A DNA stretch of 64,000 bases. Source: a virus. Below, piece by piece: positions 26,491 to 36,936 of this stretch (its first letter is position 1; each line of letters starts with the position of its first letter). The notes beneath the pieces were generated by a model. That model did no database searches and had not been told where the DNA came from. It worked only from the letters and a program-made list of their open reading frames with translations. The stretch is from positions 1 to 64,000 of IMG/VR virus record IMGVR_UViG_3300013125_000003, one strand, 5' to 3'. The position numbers and the translations under genes are program-made.

Positions 26491-28182
26491 TTACAATCCT
26501 CCGCCAGGAGGTGCAAGTTCGCTAGCTGTTTCTTTTTCTGGACCGGCCTGTGCTGCTGGTTCTTCAGGCTGAGCTCCTGGGCCTGCTGGTGCAGGCAAAG
26601 TAACCTCAGCGTCCTGACCTTCTGAAGTTTTTCCGCCGGATTTTGCAAGGTAATCCTTGTTCTTTTGGATGACTTGGTCGCTGAGCTTGAGGTATTCCTT
26701 GACGAGAAAGTCTGAGGAGAAGTACGGCCTGTTCTGATCGTCCGTGATAGCTTTGAGGGCGTTGATGGCTGCGATTCTCTTGTTGAGAAGATCCTGATTC
26801 TTGATTTCCTCGAACACGTTATCATCGTACCAAATAACTCCGACCGAGTTTTTGAATTTCTGGTCGTTTCTTAGTTCCTTAACGTCCATGCAGACTTGCA
26901 GGTACAGAGGTTTGGTTATGAGTTCCTGGTAAGCAGACCTTAACCGCTTGATGAACTTGTTGTAACGGATTTCTTCTCTGGAAATACCTTCGGACGTAAG
27001 CGTGAATATTCCGCCACCTTCGCTAAACCTAGACGCCGGGATCTTTGAATCCTGCTTTAGTTTTTCGGTAAAGTACTTCAATAATTCCGAACCTGACAGG
27101 TTAGGACCTTGGTACTCTAGCGGTTCGATCTTTACTTGCTGTTGCTGATCGTTGGCCGGAACGACGTAGTTCTTGTAGAACAAGATGTTAGGTTTTCCGT
27201 CAACTCTCAATTCTCCGGATTCACCGTCAAAGTAAATGTCTTCTTTTAGAGTGTTAACGAACTCTCGTACGTCTTCCTTGGCTTTCTGCATTGACTTGGT
27301 TCCGATCGGAACGGTTGTTACCAAACGAATAGGTGCATGCATTGTGTGCCAGATGACCTTGGAGTGCTCGATTATCCTCAGCATGTTGAACGATCTTACT
27401 AGACGTTCGGCGAAGCTTACGCGCTTCGTTCTCATGTGATTTGAGTAAGACAAGTAGATGATCTGCGAATCGTTCAGCTGACGATCTTTTTTCGTGATAG
27501 GGTCTCTTTGAGTCCACTGAAGAACGATTTTTCCCTCGTTATCTTTTTTAAGTATAGGATATAGAGAAGCTGGATCGAGTTCTTTGAACCCGATGATCTC
27601 AGTAGGTTTATCGATGTTATCATAGATGATTTCGAAAGCCAGGTGACCTTCGATGAGCCACTGGTAAAAGTATTGCCAAGCTGAAATTCCCTGGTCAAAT
27701 CCCCAACGACTGTAAATCTTTGAAAATGCAGCTTGGTAAGAGTTTATGATGCGCTCTTGGTAATCCAAACGATTTTTCTTGTTGTCTCCCAAGTACTGCA
27801 TCTCACCGACCAAATCGTTTGCGTAACAGAATCGATTGTCCTCGTCAAAAACGATAGCATCGTCAGTTATGGTTTCCAGGATGAATTCTATCTCACCGTT
27901 GGAAGCAATGTCGCGAAGACGCTCTCTTTTTGAAATGTAATCGAGTTGGAAAAAAGCGATCGCTTTCGTTTTTATCGAAGAAGTAGTGTCCGACAGAGCT
28001 AACGTAGCTCTCATGAGATCGTCCGACGCAAAGCCGGCAGCTCCGCTGAGCTGACTTTCGATAAAACCTATCGCTTGAGAGTTCTTTATCAGGAGATCGT
28101 CGTACTTTAGACCGAACCTGCTAAGCTCAGTCAACCTAGACTTGAGCGATCGCATAGGGTTACCTTCTAAAAATCCTGCCAT
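26491..28182 (-). CDS. gp20: Portal protein, T4 gp20-like
   Basis: WLIEGHLAFE, FNMLRIIEHS.VIW, LKYF..KL...SKIPASRF, ISREEIRYNKFIKRLR. Confidence 0.88.
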   Translation of the reverse strand: MAGFLEGNPMRSLKSRLTELSRFGLKYDDLLIKNSQAIGFIESQLSGAAGFASDDLMRATLALSDTTSSIKTKAIAFFQLDYISKRERLRDIASNGEIEFILETITDDAIVFDEDNRFCYANDLVGEMQYLGDNKKNRLDYQERIINSYQAAFSKIYSRWGFDQGISAWQYFYQWLIEGHLAFEIIYDNIDKPTEIIGFKELDPASLYPILKKDNEGKIVLQWTQRDPITKKDRQLNDSQIIYLSYSNHMRTKRVSFAERLVRSFNMLRIIEHSKVIWHTMHAPIRLVTTVPIGTKSMQKAKEDVREFVNTLKEDIYFDGESGELRVDGKPNILFYKNYVVPANDQQQQVKIEPLEYQGPNLSGSELLKYFTEKLKQDSKIPASRFSEGGGIFTLTSEGISREEIRYNKFIKRLRSAYQELITKPLYLQVCMDVKELRNDQKFKNSVGVIWYDDNVFEEIKNQDLLNKRIAAINALKAITDDQNRPYFSSDFLVKEYLKLSDQVIQKNKDYLAKSGGKTSEGQDAEVTLPAPAGPGAQPEEPAAQAGPEKETASELAPPGGGL

Positions 28183-28185
28183 GTA

Positions 28186-28839
28186 TTATGAAGTAAATTT
28201 TGTCAAGAAGTACGAGATCGGAGTTTTTGTTAATACTGAACCATCTGTTACGTAACTCAATTTCGGAAGCTTTACTGCTTGCTCCCAATCGATGATTGCT
28301 AGTTTGTTACTCATCTCACCTCTGGTATATTTATCAACCAGGAACTTAAAATTGATGTTATTCTGCTCACCTATCTGAGTGATGAAGTTTCGGTTGATGT
28401 TTTTTAGCATCGAATTTTCCGGAAGTTTCATTCTATCTCTAAAATTGATGAATTTTCCGTCCTCATCCTCTGACTTTTCTATCAGAGTGCTGAGAATCTT
28501 GTAGTACTTGGACAGGAACCAGTGACGAACGCTAAGCGGCAGCAGTTTCAAGTTAAGGCCGACTTCCATTGGACCCTCTTGGCCCAACGATAAGATGATC
28601 GGTCGTCTGTCAAAGTACGGTTTTACTGATTTGGTAGAGCTTGTTTGGTACTCGTCAAGCGAAGGTAATTCATCTTCTTCCATGGTCTTGGACGATACGA
28701 ACGTGTAAATGTACCCTGGAACTAAACGGTAGTAAGCATAGGGAATGCAGTCATCGTCAAAGTAGTAAGGTTTGCCCTCTTCGGTAAACGATGGTACTGA
28801 GCCTATCCTTATGAAATCATTGACTATCTTATTCTTCAT
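28186..28839 (-). CDS. gp2: DNA end protector, T4 gp2-like
   Basis: PYFDRRPII...GLNLKLLP..R; adjacent to gp4. Confidence 0.6.
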   Translation of the reverse strand: MKNKIVNDFIRIGSVPSFTEEGKPYYFDDDCIPYAYYRLVPGYIYTFVSSKTMEEDELPSLDEYQTSSTKSVKPYFDRRPIILSLGQEGPMEVGLNLKLLPLSVRHWFLSKYYKILSTLIEKSEDEDGKFINFRDRMKLPENSMLKNINRNFITQIGEQNNINFKFLVDKYTRGEMSNKLAIIDWEQAVKLPKLSYVTDGSVLTKTPISYFLTKFTS

Positions 28840-28847
28840 GAAGTATT

Positions 28848-29360
28848 TTATATCGATTTGAACAGAAAGTTTTCGGTAATGATGCCGAACTTGATTCCTT
28901 TCTGAGAAGCAAAGTTCTTAGCTGCTTCGAACTTAGCCTGGTTAACAATGTACTGCTTTGCTGCGTACACGTAGTTAGCGGTAGCTTTGTCAGTCATTCG
29001 ATCAGGTTTCTTCGGTGGGTTTATGTATTTGTTTGGCTTTACTTCCACCAAGTACTTGTACTCGTTGCCGTTAGGGTCCTTCACTATTATGTAAAAGTCA
29101 ACGTAATACCGGTGGGGTCTTTTGTCCAACGGATTGTGGTAAATGATTCCGATGGGTTCACTGGAATACTTAACAATAGTTGGACTAAGATCGCACCACT
29201 TCAAAAATTTGAATTCCCAAGAGCTACGAAAGATTATCTTATTGATGTCGCCCATGTACTTTTCTGGGTTAGCTGGACGAAAGTAGCCTTGCCGTGGCCG
29301 GTTTTCTCCGTTTCGAGGTTTTAGGAAGGATTTTATGCCCTTATCTTCGCGTGGTTTCAC
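28848..29360 (-). CDS. gp4: Head completion nuclease, T4 gp4-like (TnsA-like)
   Basis: QGYFRP.NPEKY, RSSWE.KF..WCD, SSE, YYVDF, EVKP, NQAKF.AA; TATAAATA on the minus strand at 29366-29373. Confidence 0.88.
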   Translation of the reverse strand: MKPREDKGIKSFLKPRNGENRPRQGYFRPANPEKYMGDINKIIFRSSWEFKFLKWCDLSPTIVKYSSEPIGIIYHNPLDKRPHRYYVDFYIIVKDPNGNEYKYLVEVKPNKYINPPKKPDRMTDKATANYVYAAKQYIVNQAKFEAAKNFASQKGIKFGIITENFLFKSI

Positions 29361-29368
29361 GAAGATAT

Positions 29369-30490
29369 TTATAGGAAAGCTATGTCGTACACGCTATCAC
29401 TAAAGTAACCGTCCAAAAAATCGTTGAATTCATTGACTGTCAACGCTGGTTGCCTGACCTTTAGGAAATTAAACAGGTCGTTTATGTCCTTTATCTTCGT
29501 GAGTTTTATGAGATCAGAGCGGTCTGACACTTTCTTCTTTAGATCATCGATGATTTTGTTCCACAGAAGAACTGAATAACCCTGTTTTATGAGATTCATC
29601 ATCTCGTCCTGACCACCTTTGTCCTTGTCGAAAAGGATTCGAATCTTACCTTTTGCTCCCAACGATGGAAGTATGCTTCGCGCTTTAGTAACTCCGGTGG
29701 TTGCTATGCAGTTTCGGATGAACAGTGCATCGAACTGACCCTCGGTCAGGCACAACGGCTTGGAAAAATCGACGTTCAAGATGTTGAAATAGTTGTTCAA
29801 GTAATTCGCATCGTCAACGAGTTCCTTGTCGATCTCGCGCTGCAAGAATATGAGAGCAATGTCGGTGTAGGACTTTATGATGTACTTTCTTTCAGCGTTT
29901 GGGTCTAAACTCCTTATGGATAGCCCTAGGAGCTTCCCAGAACGACGATCAAAATTGAAGATAAGTACTTTATTGTCTGAAGAATCAGCATACAGGAAGT
30001 CCCCGAAATCCTCGATAAGGTCAAGGTTTCTGCTTTTGATGTATTCTATCGCTCTTGGATTGTTCTCGGCTTGGTCTAACCTCACTAAGTTGAACCGGTT
30101 GATGATCTCGGAGATCGTTACGAGCTCAGTCGTGTCAGACGTTAGAAAGCGCAAGAGCTGGTTCTCGGTTCGTTTTACTCTAACCGGCTTGTACTCAAAG
30201 TCCGCTGCGAAGCTCGGAAGCATTATTCCGTGCTCTCGGCTCATCTTCGAAACGAACTCTCCCAACGACATGTAAGCCATGCAGCCGTCGTTAAAACACT
30301 TGTACGCTTCGGTATCGAAATAGAGGTTACCTCTTTTCTTCGAAGATTTTTTGTGAGAGTCCCCGCATATCGGACAGGCAAAGTTCAGCTTTCGATCGTT
30401 GCTGTCGTCTATCTGCTGCTTTTCGAAATTGTCGTGAAACCTCTTTCTGAGTATTATCTTGACAAAATCTACTACTTCGTCGCGGTTCAT
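29369..30490 (-). CDS. gp61: DNA primase, T4 gp61-like
   Basis: FACPICGDS..KKRG...CFNDGC; TEGQFDALF, FDKDKGG, KDINDL (TOPRIM). Confidence 0.88.
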   Translation of the reverse strand: MNRDEVVDFVKIILRKRFHDNFEKQQIDDSNDRKLNFACPICGDSHKKSSKKRGNLYFDTEAYKCFNDGCMAYMSLGEFVSKMSREHGIMLPSFAADFEYKPVRVKRTENQLLRFLTSDTTELVTISEIINRFNLVRLDQAENNPRAIEYIKSRNLDLIEDFGDFLYADSSDNKVLIFNFDRRSGKLLGLSIRSLDPNAERKYIIKSYTDIALIFLQREIDKELVDDANYLNNYFNILNVDFSKPLCLTEGQFDALFIRNCIATTGVTKARSILPSLGAKGKIRILFDKDKGGQDEMMNLIKQGYSVLLWNKIIDDLKKKVSDRSDLIKLTKIKDINDLFNFLKVRQPALTVNEFNDFLDGYFSDSVYDIAFL

Positions 30491-30500
30491 TTAGAAATAA

Positions 30501-32123
30501 TTAATTGATTTCGCCAGCTTCTTTCATTTCCTCAAGTTCAGCTTCGCTAAAAACGGTTACTTTCTTAGCTAAGATTTTCATTACTCGTGAATACGCTGAC
30601 TTGGTTGAGATGCCGGTGTTAGCTTCCTTGTTCTTGGCTTTAGATTTTACCCAATTATCATCGCTCCAAGAAGTTTCCCAGCCATTTTCTCTGAGAACTT
30701 TAGCCATCTCGTCGTAATGGATAGCAAACGGATCTTCTACTTCTATGCCTTTCTTCTTTGCTATTCGCTCGCGGTACTTCTGAAGTTCTGGCTTTGGCAC
30801 GATAACCGTGGAAAGTCCGTAGAGACTTATGACCGATATGAAAGTCGGAAATAGATCGTCAGGTATCTGAGCTTCCGGGTTTCCGACGAAATCCTGAACG
30901 GTTTCCGGAATCTCTTCGAATTCAAGAGTTTCCGAATTCACGACGTAAAGTGGGTAGAGGTCTTCTCGTTTTGGGTTCTTTGCTCTGCTGCGAGACCTTA
31001 CCATCTCAACGTGACGCGTCAGTTTTGAGTTGATTTCAGAAAAACCCATGGCTAAGAGAAGCTTGTTGATCGGTTCTACGATCAGCCTGAAAAATTGCTG
31101 TTCACGATCGGTCGGTACGGCAAAATCCGGAAACACTCCCGGAACGTACGCAAACACGTCAAAATCGTAATCGTTATTGTTGGGATCGCAGTAGTAAAAT
31201 TTAATCTTTGATCCGCCGCGAATCATCGCGTACTTTTGGTTCTCAGTCTTGGTGATTACGTGATTGTGGTAGGCTGCTGCTCTGCCGTAAATCGGCATGC
31301 CAGTTCCAATGATGAGAGGGTTCAAACTCTTCACGTGTTCTTCATAAACTCGAACGTTGAAGTTGAAAGCTATGCTGTCGATAGGCATGGTGTCCATCTC
31401 ATTTTTCATTTCCTGCATGACAGGAATGAGATCCTTTTCGAGATCAAGGTCGTAACCCTTATCTAGAAGGATCCAGTAGATCTTTTTAAGATTTTCTCTT
31501 GCCCATATAGGGTAAGACGATTGGATAGCTTCCAAGCCCTTGATCATTAGGACCGGTTTGTCTAGAATTTTCGAGCCCTTGGTAGCTACCTCAAAAACGT
31601 ACTTTTTCTTTGCAACTAGGATGCCTGCCCTGGAAACGTTTTCTAATTCGAAGACCAAACGGTTTTTCGTGTGAAAGTGATTGGCGTACTTTTCGAAAGC
31701 TGCTTTGAAGTAATCGTCTAGCCTGTACTTGTTGATAGCCAAGCAGATTTCCAAAGCTTTCGTGTCGTCCATCTCGATACCTTGCACTGATTTGATGGCA
31801 TACTCGATGCACGAGTAAACCGAGTCGGTGTCAGTGTAAATAGCTGAATCACTTTCTATCGGTTGCACTACGTGACCTACAAGTCCGAGTTTCTCGTGAA
31901 GCTCCGTGTCGAGGTGCCATCGATTTCGAAAGTAGTGATTTATCGCTTTGATTGTGAATTTGATAAGATCCTGACCCTGAAGGGTGATGGACTGTGCGAT
32001 GTCGTTGTTGTGGAAGTAAAAATACCTGTTTCCGAAGGCTCCGTAAAAGGAGTTGATGAGGATCTTGATAGCGTTCTGCTTCAAGTCCAACGACTTGATC
32101 TGTTGTTCTAAAGTTAAGCTCAT
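30501..32123 (-). CDS. Family B DNA polymerase, C-terminal half of a split gp43
   Basis: Starts at motif B (KILINSFYG), YTDTDS, KKKY, KGLE; no exonuclease domain or motif A. Confidence 0.85.
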   Translation of the reverse strand: MSLTLEQQIKSLDLKQNAIKILINSFYGAFGNRYFYFHNNDIAQSITLQGQDLIKFTIKAINHYFRNRWHLDTELHEKLGLVGHVVQPIESDSAIYTDTDSVYSCIEYAIKSVQGIEMDDTKALEICLAINKYRLDDYFKAAFEKYANHFHTKNRLVFELENVSRAGILVAKKKYVFEVATKGSKILDKPVLMIKGLEAIQSSYPIWARENLKKIYWILLDKGYDLDLEKDLIPVMQEMKNEMDTMPIDSIAFNFNVRVYEEHVKSLNPLIIGTGMPIYGRAAAYHNHVITKTENQKYAMIRGGSKIKFYYCDPNNNDYDFDVFAYVPGVFPDFAVPTDREQQFFRLIVEPINKLLLAMGFSEINSKLTRHVEMVRSRSRAKNPKREDLYPLYVVNSETLEFEEIPETVQDFVGNPEAQIPDDLFPTFISVISLYGLSTVIVPKPELQKYRERIAKKKGIEVEDPFAIHYDEMAKVLRENGWETSWSDDNWVKSKAKNKEANTGISTKSAYSRVMKILAKKVTVFSEAELEEMKEAGEIN

Positions 32124-32203
32124 GTTCCTATTCTACGTACGAACCCATTTTAGGTTTTATAGTACTAAATAAATAGAAGAAAAGTTCACCTGTGGTAAGT
32201 TCA

Positions 32204-32791
32204 ATGAGCCAAAAAACCTATGTGGTCAAGAAGAAATACCCTTTCTTGGAAAACTTTCCATTTGAGGAGTTCACTCTCGAACCTGGAGAAGCTCACAGAA
32301 TCGTAGCTGACGATGACGGAGGGGTTGCCATAGAAGACATTGAACCTACGTTAATGAAATTCGTTTACGAAAAGGACAACAGTTCCATGACGGTCTTCAT
32401 ATTCGACCGTGAACTTCGTTGGATGAACGAAATATCAGAAAAGGTACAGGACTTAAACTCAGCAGTCAAAGCGATAGACAAAGCTATAGATTCGCCAGAT
32501 TTGCTAACTAAGCGAAACGGCGCAAATTACGCTGAAGCTTGGTGCGCCCAGCTCCAAGACAATAGGTCAAAACTCAGCTATTCAACGTCCGGCGATATTC
32601 TAACGAGCTTGGTGGACGGTCCAGACCAATTGGTCACCGTGATCAACAAGATCATAAAGTTAAACGCTGGAATAGGAATGGTAGGCCTGTCAACCAAAGA
32701 GTACCAGATAGTCCTAACTTACTACCAATTTCAACTCATTTACGCAAAATTACTGTTGGGCATCATAATCGCCTCAAAAATATCCCTTTAA
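32204..32791 (+). CDS. Hypothetical late protein
   Basis: ATAAATA 32169-32175; long ORF. Confidence 0.65.
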   Translation: MSQKTYVVKKKYPFLENFPFEEFTLEPGEAHRIVADDDGGVAIEDIEPTLMKFVYEKDNSSMTVFIFDRELRWMNEISEKVQDLNSAVKAIDKAIDSPDLLTKRNGANYAEAWCAQLQDNRSKLSYSTSGDILTSLVDGPDQLVTVINKIIKLNAGIGMVGLSTKEYQIVLTYYQFQLIYAKLLLGIIIASKISL

Positions 32792-33160
32792 ATGGAAGAT
32801 TCACAGATCGATTCCTTCTTAGCTTACGTCGCGTTAGTTGAGGAAAGCTCAGAACAGTTCTCGCAGGACCAAGTAAAAAAATTGGAACTGATAAGAACTA
32901 AAGTCGGAGAGATCCTAAAGAAAACTCAACCGCCGCTGCAGCCGGCTAACCTTCAAGCCCCGGCCTCTGTTTCCCAAGTGTCTTCTATGAAAATTGTGGA
33001 AAGCTTCGAACAGTTCGTTGAAGTTAACGAGATGATTCGAAAGCGCGGAAATAAGTGGGTTGTTCTTGACAAAAAAGGAAAAAAGGTTTTAGGCACTCAC
33101 CCAACTAAGGAAAAGGCTCTCAGCCAACTTAGAGCTATCGAAATCAGCAAGCACAGCTAA
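32792..33160 (+). CDS. Late protein with internal targeting-like motif and basic C-domain
   Basis: MKIVESFEQFVEVNE-MIRKRGNKW...LGTHPTKEKALSQLRAIEISK. Confidence 0.7.
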   Translation: MEDSQIDSFLAYVALVEESSEQFSQDQVKKLELIRTKVGEILKKTQPPLQPANLQAPASVSQVSSMKIVESFEQFVEVNEMIRKRGNKWVVLDKKGKKVLGTHPTKEKALSQLRAIEISKHS

Positions 33161-33951
33161 TGGACAAATACGTTCTATCCTTTTCTAATTTCGTCAACGA
33201 GAATCGTCGATACACCGGAGAACAGCCTTACTTATTTCAGGAATACAAGGATAGGTTCGATGATTTTTCATTCGAAGAAGACATTGTGTTTCTAATCAAG
33301 CGAATAGAGGAAAAATGGATAGAATTGAAGGAAAAGTATCACTGGAACCGAGAGAGCCCAGGAGTTAGAGGCGATCACTTTGCTCTCAACGTTAAGGTTT
33401 ACATCTTTCCGGACGAGGAAGAGATCAAAAAGAGAGTAAAAGTCCCAGAATTATCTGACGAAGAAGCTAACAGAATTTGGTGGAAGTACCTGCAAGACCA
33501 AGCGGAAGTGCTAGCTGACGGAATAGATCACAGTTGGATAAAAACTGTCGATTGGGGTGGAAAAAGCGGAGGTTGGCTTCTGCTTTATCCGGAAGTAGGT
33601 CCAGACTCAGTGATGGAAGGAATATCAGAAGAGTGCAACAGCTACTTAGCCGAAAAAGAGGCGATCGAAGAAGAAGTGATGGCAGAGGTAAAAAATAAGT
33701 ATCAGGATCCGGATTTCAGCGAACTTGTAGAAGTCGGTGCACTGAACGATCTTCCTGAAATATCGCAGCTTAGAGATAGAGCAAAGGCTCTCGTTAATTA
33801 CTTAGAAGAAACTCTCGGAGAAGCAACTTCAATGGAAACAGATATGTTAGCTATCCTGCAGCAAGTTGATAGATTTAGGCAGGAAGGCCTCGAATGGTTT
33901 TACGAGTATTTGGAGATGGAAACTGACGATGCTCTAGAAACTGTCTACTGA
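33160..33951 (+). CDS. Late protein with targeting-like N-terminus
   Basis: MDKYVLSFSNFVNE; GKSGGWL motif. Confidence 0.7.
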   Translation: MDKYVLSFSNFVNENRRYTGEQPYLFQEYKDRFDDFSFEEDIVFLIKRIEEKWIELKEKYHWNRESPGVRGDHFALNVKVYIFPDEEEIKKRVKVPELSDEEANRIWWKYLQDQAEVLADGIDHSWIKTVDWGGKSGGWLLLYPEVGPDSVMEGISEECNSYLAEKEAIEEEVMAEVKNKYQDPDFSELVEVGALNDLPEISQLRDRAKALVNYLEETLGEATSMETDMLAILQQVDRFRQEGLEWFYEYLEMETDDALETVY

Positions 33952-35558
33952 TCAACGAACTTAGTCAGATCAAACTCGTGCTTGGAAACTTCAAATTCTT
34001 GCTCAAGGTAGATCTGTTCCCTCTTCTTTCCGTGCTTCACGATGTACCCATCGAGGTCGTCTACTAGGTCAAGTATCGTGATCTTGTGCTTGCCTAGCAA
34101 TTTTCTCATTCCCCTACCTATCGATTGTCTTACCGTGATTTCTGATTTGTAACTCTCAGCGAAGATGATGTAGTTGATGTTCTTCAAGTTTATGCCGGTG
34201 GAAAAAGTACCGAACGAAGCGACCAAAACAACGCCAGCGTTAGATTCCATGATGGATCGATACTCTGACCTATCGTCGTCCTTCACTCCACCGTCAATGT
34301 AGTAAACGTGGTCGTTAGTCTCTTTTATCTTGTCGTAAATTCTCTTGCCGTACTGATCTTTAACGTTAGTAAAGAGGACCATCTTGTTTCCCTGCAGCTT
34401 ACCGCACAGCTTGGCAATGAAGTTTATTCTAGGCTCGTACGAAACGATGAAAGCTTTCTCTATCTCGTACTTTTCCTTACCAGTAGCTCCTCCTGTTTCC
34501 TTAAGCTGAGCGTACCCCTTGACGAACGGATCGTCTTCTGGGTACTTTAGCCTGACCATGTTCACCATGACGTCTACAGAGTAATCATTTTCCATGAGAA
34601 ACTTCGCTTTGACTATCATGCTTAACGGCCCCAAGTACTCCTGAATCTTGAAAAAGTCAGAGTACTGTTCCTCAATCTTAATCGTTCCAGATAGACCCAA
34701 TTTGTACTCTGCGTTGGTGCTTGCTCTGAGAATGTCGCGTATTGAAGCTCCGCGACTGGTGTGAGCTTCATCAATGCAAATGACGCTAAAGTTCTTGAAA
34801 AAATCCGGTTTGGTCTGCCTAACGATGGGATTTCTGATCTTGCCGTTCTTGTCCTTCTTCGGTTTTTTAGGCTTGCCGTCGTCCATTATCAAGCTCTGGT
34901 ACGTGGAAATGACAAGTTCACAGTCGTCGAACTTTTTTTGGGAAAATGAATTGGTCCCGCCTATCCTGTGAATTGTCCACGGAACCAAACCTGTCTGGTA
35001 TTCCTTCTCAAAAGCATCAGCTGTCTGGTTGACCAGGGACGTTTTTGGGACCACCAGAAGTGCCTTATTATCTTTGTTGATGATTCCTTTTCTCTTTAGA
35101 AACGACAAGTACATAAAGAAGATAAGGGTCTTTCCAGCGGAAGTTGCCAGTTCCTGTGAACAGAACTTGTACTTAAGTCCACGGTGAACCGCTTCTAACT
35201 GGTAAGCGTACGGTTCTATGTGAGGGCTGGTTCCGTCTAGAAGGACGGATGCAAATTTATCGGACTTGTCCTTGGTGAAATCTAAGTTCAGAAGGTCGTC
35301 CAACCCTCTGATGTCTATCTCGTAATCGTAACGTTCGCCGAAATTGACGATCTCTCGCCAAAGACCGACGCCTATTCGGTTTTCATTATCGATGAACTTA
35401 TCGTACCCGTCCCAAATCTTTCTCTTGTAAAGCGGGTCGTGAAAGTAGCCGGCTCTTCTTTTTTTAAAGTAGAGTTGAAGGTCCTTCAGTTCTCCTTTTC
35501 CCGCGTAATCCACGAGCTGAAGGTGCTGTTTATCGTCAGTCAATTCAAATGATAGCAA
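33945..35558 (-). CDS. uvsW: UvsW-like DNA helicase
   Basis: ATSAGKT, IDEAH, GLSGT, GTFSTGIN, QSIGRGMR; probable TTG start 35558. Confidence 0.88.
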   Translation of the reverse strand: MLSFELTDDKQHLQLVDYAGKGELKDLQLYFKKRRAGYFHDPLYKRKIWDGYDKFIDNENRIGVGLWREIVNFGERYDYEIDIRGLDDLLNLDFTKDKSDKFASVLLDGTSPHIEPYAYQLEAVHRGLKYKFCSQELATSAGKTLIFFMYLSFLKRKGIINKDNKALLVVPKTSLVNQTADAFEKEYQTGLVPWTIHRIGGTNSFSQKKFDDCELVISTYQSLIMDDGKPKKPKKDKNGKIRNPIVRQTKPDFFKNFSVICIDEAHTSRGASIRDILRASTNAEYKLGLSGTIKIEEQYSDFFKIQEYLGPLSMIVKAKFLMENDYSVDVMVNMVRLKYPEDDPFVKGYAQLKETGGATGKEKYEIEKAFIVSYEPRINFIAKLCGKLQGNKMVLFTNVKDQYGKRIYDKIKETNDHVYYIDGGVKDDDRSEYRSIMESNAGVVLVASFGTFSTGINLKNINYIIFAESYKSEITVRQSIGRGMRKLLGKHKITILDLVDDLDGYIVKHGKKREQIYLEQEFEVSKHEFDLTKFVDQ

Positions 35559-35574
35559 AGTTTTGATAGAAATT

Positions 35575-36012
35575 TTAGTTGCCGTCCAGCAACTTTTGAG
35601 CAGCGATCCTGTCCTTGATTCCAAAGATGACCGAATCTACTGTCTTTATGCACTCGGAGTAAAATTCAATCTGGTACTCTAACTGCTCGAGCCGTTCCTT
35701 TAACGCAGCGGTCTTAGCGTCAACTATCGTTACTTTTTCGCTTGGTTGGTAGCGAGTTTGCCCGATCTTAGAAGCATCTACCCATTCCTCGCCCTTCTTT
35801 TCTCGGTACTGTTTCTTGTACCGAGTAAAGTGTTCGAGAAGAGTGTGATTTTCTTCCAGGATTCTCTGCCTGAGGCTCAAAAAGGTTACTTGGACCTGAG
35901 GAATGTTCTCGATCTTAATGAGGAGTTGAATTCCGTCCTTTATTTCCTTTGAAAAAAGCTCCCGTTTGTTACGAAAGTGCTCTTCCAGCGTTAGTTTGTT
36001 TCCGTCTTCCAT
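35575..36012 (-). CDS. uvsY: UvsY-like recombination mediator
   Basis: Helical 145 aa ending FYSECIKTVDSVIFGIK..I; directly upstream of uvsW. Confidence 0.6.
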   Translation of the reverse strand: MEDGNKLTLEEHFRNKRELFSKEIKDGIQLLIKIENIPQVQVTFLSLRQRILEENHTLLEHFTRYKKQYREKKGEEWVDASKIGQTRYQPSEKVTIVDAKTAALKERLEQLEYQIEFYSECIKTVDSVIFGIKDRIAAQKLLDGN

Positions 36013-36044
36013 CTGTTTATTTTACGGAAAAAGAGCGATAAGTT

Positions 36045-36515
36045 TTACACCAAGAACGTGTAATAGGTGCTTTCTACCTGGTAGTAATCGCTCTGGAACT
36101 CGTTGATCTGCTGGCTCCCGTATATGTTGTTTCCAATTGGGTGGTGTTCTCCGTTCCTGTAAAATACCGAAACGTTTCCGTCGTACAGGCAGATTATTGA
36201 GTCTAACTTGTAGTGAGATAGCGAACCTTTTACGATCTCCTTGAACTCATCTAAGGAAACGTCAGTCGACTCGTTAGTCACGAAGATGCTGGGAAACACG
36301 AACCTAACCTTACGTTCGGCAAGAGACATTGACGTGATCGTCTGCACCACGTAATTCAAGCGTCCGAAAGAGTCCAAGTCGTTTAGAAACTCGTTGTACT
36401 GGTCGGACGAGGTAAAGTTATAGATCGCGAACGGCTTTTGGGCTTGCACGCAATCACGAATCAGGTGATACCTGTTCCCTGAATACTCTCTTGTGCGTCT
36501 TAATGTCCTATCCAT
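36045..36515 (-). CDS. Hypothetical protein
   Basis: ATAAATA on the minus strand 36551-36557 upstream. Confidence 0.6.
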   Translation of the reverse strand: MDRTLRRTREYSGNRYHLIRDCVQAQKPFAIYNFTSSDQYNEFLNDLDSFGRLNYVVQTITSMSLAERKVRFVFPSIFVTNESTDVSLDEFKEIVKGSLSHYKLDSIICLYDGNVSVFYRNGEHHPIGNNIYGSQQINEFQSDYYQVESTYYTFLV

Positions 36516-36576
36516 TGATAATTTGGTATTGTATTACAGAACTATGCAGTTATTTATTAGTAAAAGATCTGCAAGT

Positions 36577-36936
36577 ATGAAAATTGAAAAATCTTACACC
36601 GTTCAGATATGGGTCGGCTTGAGGGCAGGGTACGGGCACTACTACTTTAACCTCAATGACGTTAGGCAGATCTGCGATGATTTTGTTAACGAACTCGACG
36701 AAAATGGGTTGGGCGATTGCGTGACAATCACTCCTACCGAGTACCGATACGTTAAGGGCTGGGAGCCTGGAGTGATAGTCGGTTTCGTAAATTACCCAAG
36801 GTTTCCGAGAAAGCCGGACAAGATTCTATGGAAAGCTCTCGACCTGGCAGAAAGGTTAAGAAAAGGACTAAAACAGATTAGAGTAACCGTCGTTACTCCG
36901 GATAACACATACATGTTGGAAGATGAACAAGCCTAA
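36577..36936 (+). CDS. Hypothetical protein
   Basis: CVTITPTEY.Y..G.EPG.IVG..NYPRFP. Confidence 0.65.
   Translation: MKIEKSYTVQIWVGLRAGYGHYYFNLNDVRQICDDFVNELDENGLGDCVTITPTEYRYVKGWEPGVIVGFVNYPRFPRKPDKILWKALDLAERLRKGLKQIRVTVVTPDNTYMLEDEQA

Noticed and set aside
28848-29360. TnsA transposase / mobile element
   Set aside because: The context (gp2, portal, late promoter) identifies it as the gp4 head-completion nuclease; no transposon ends were seen.
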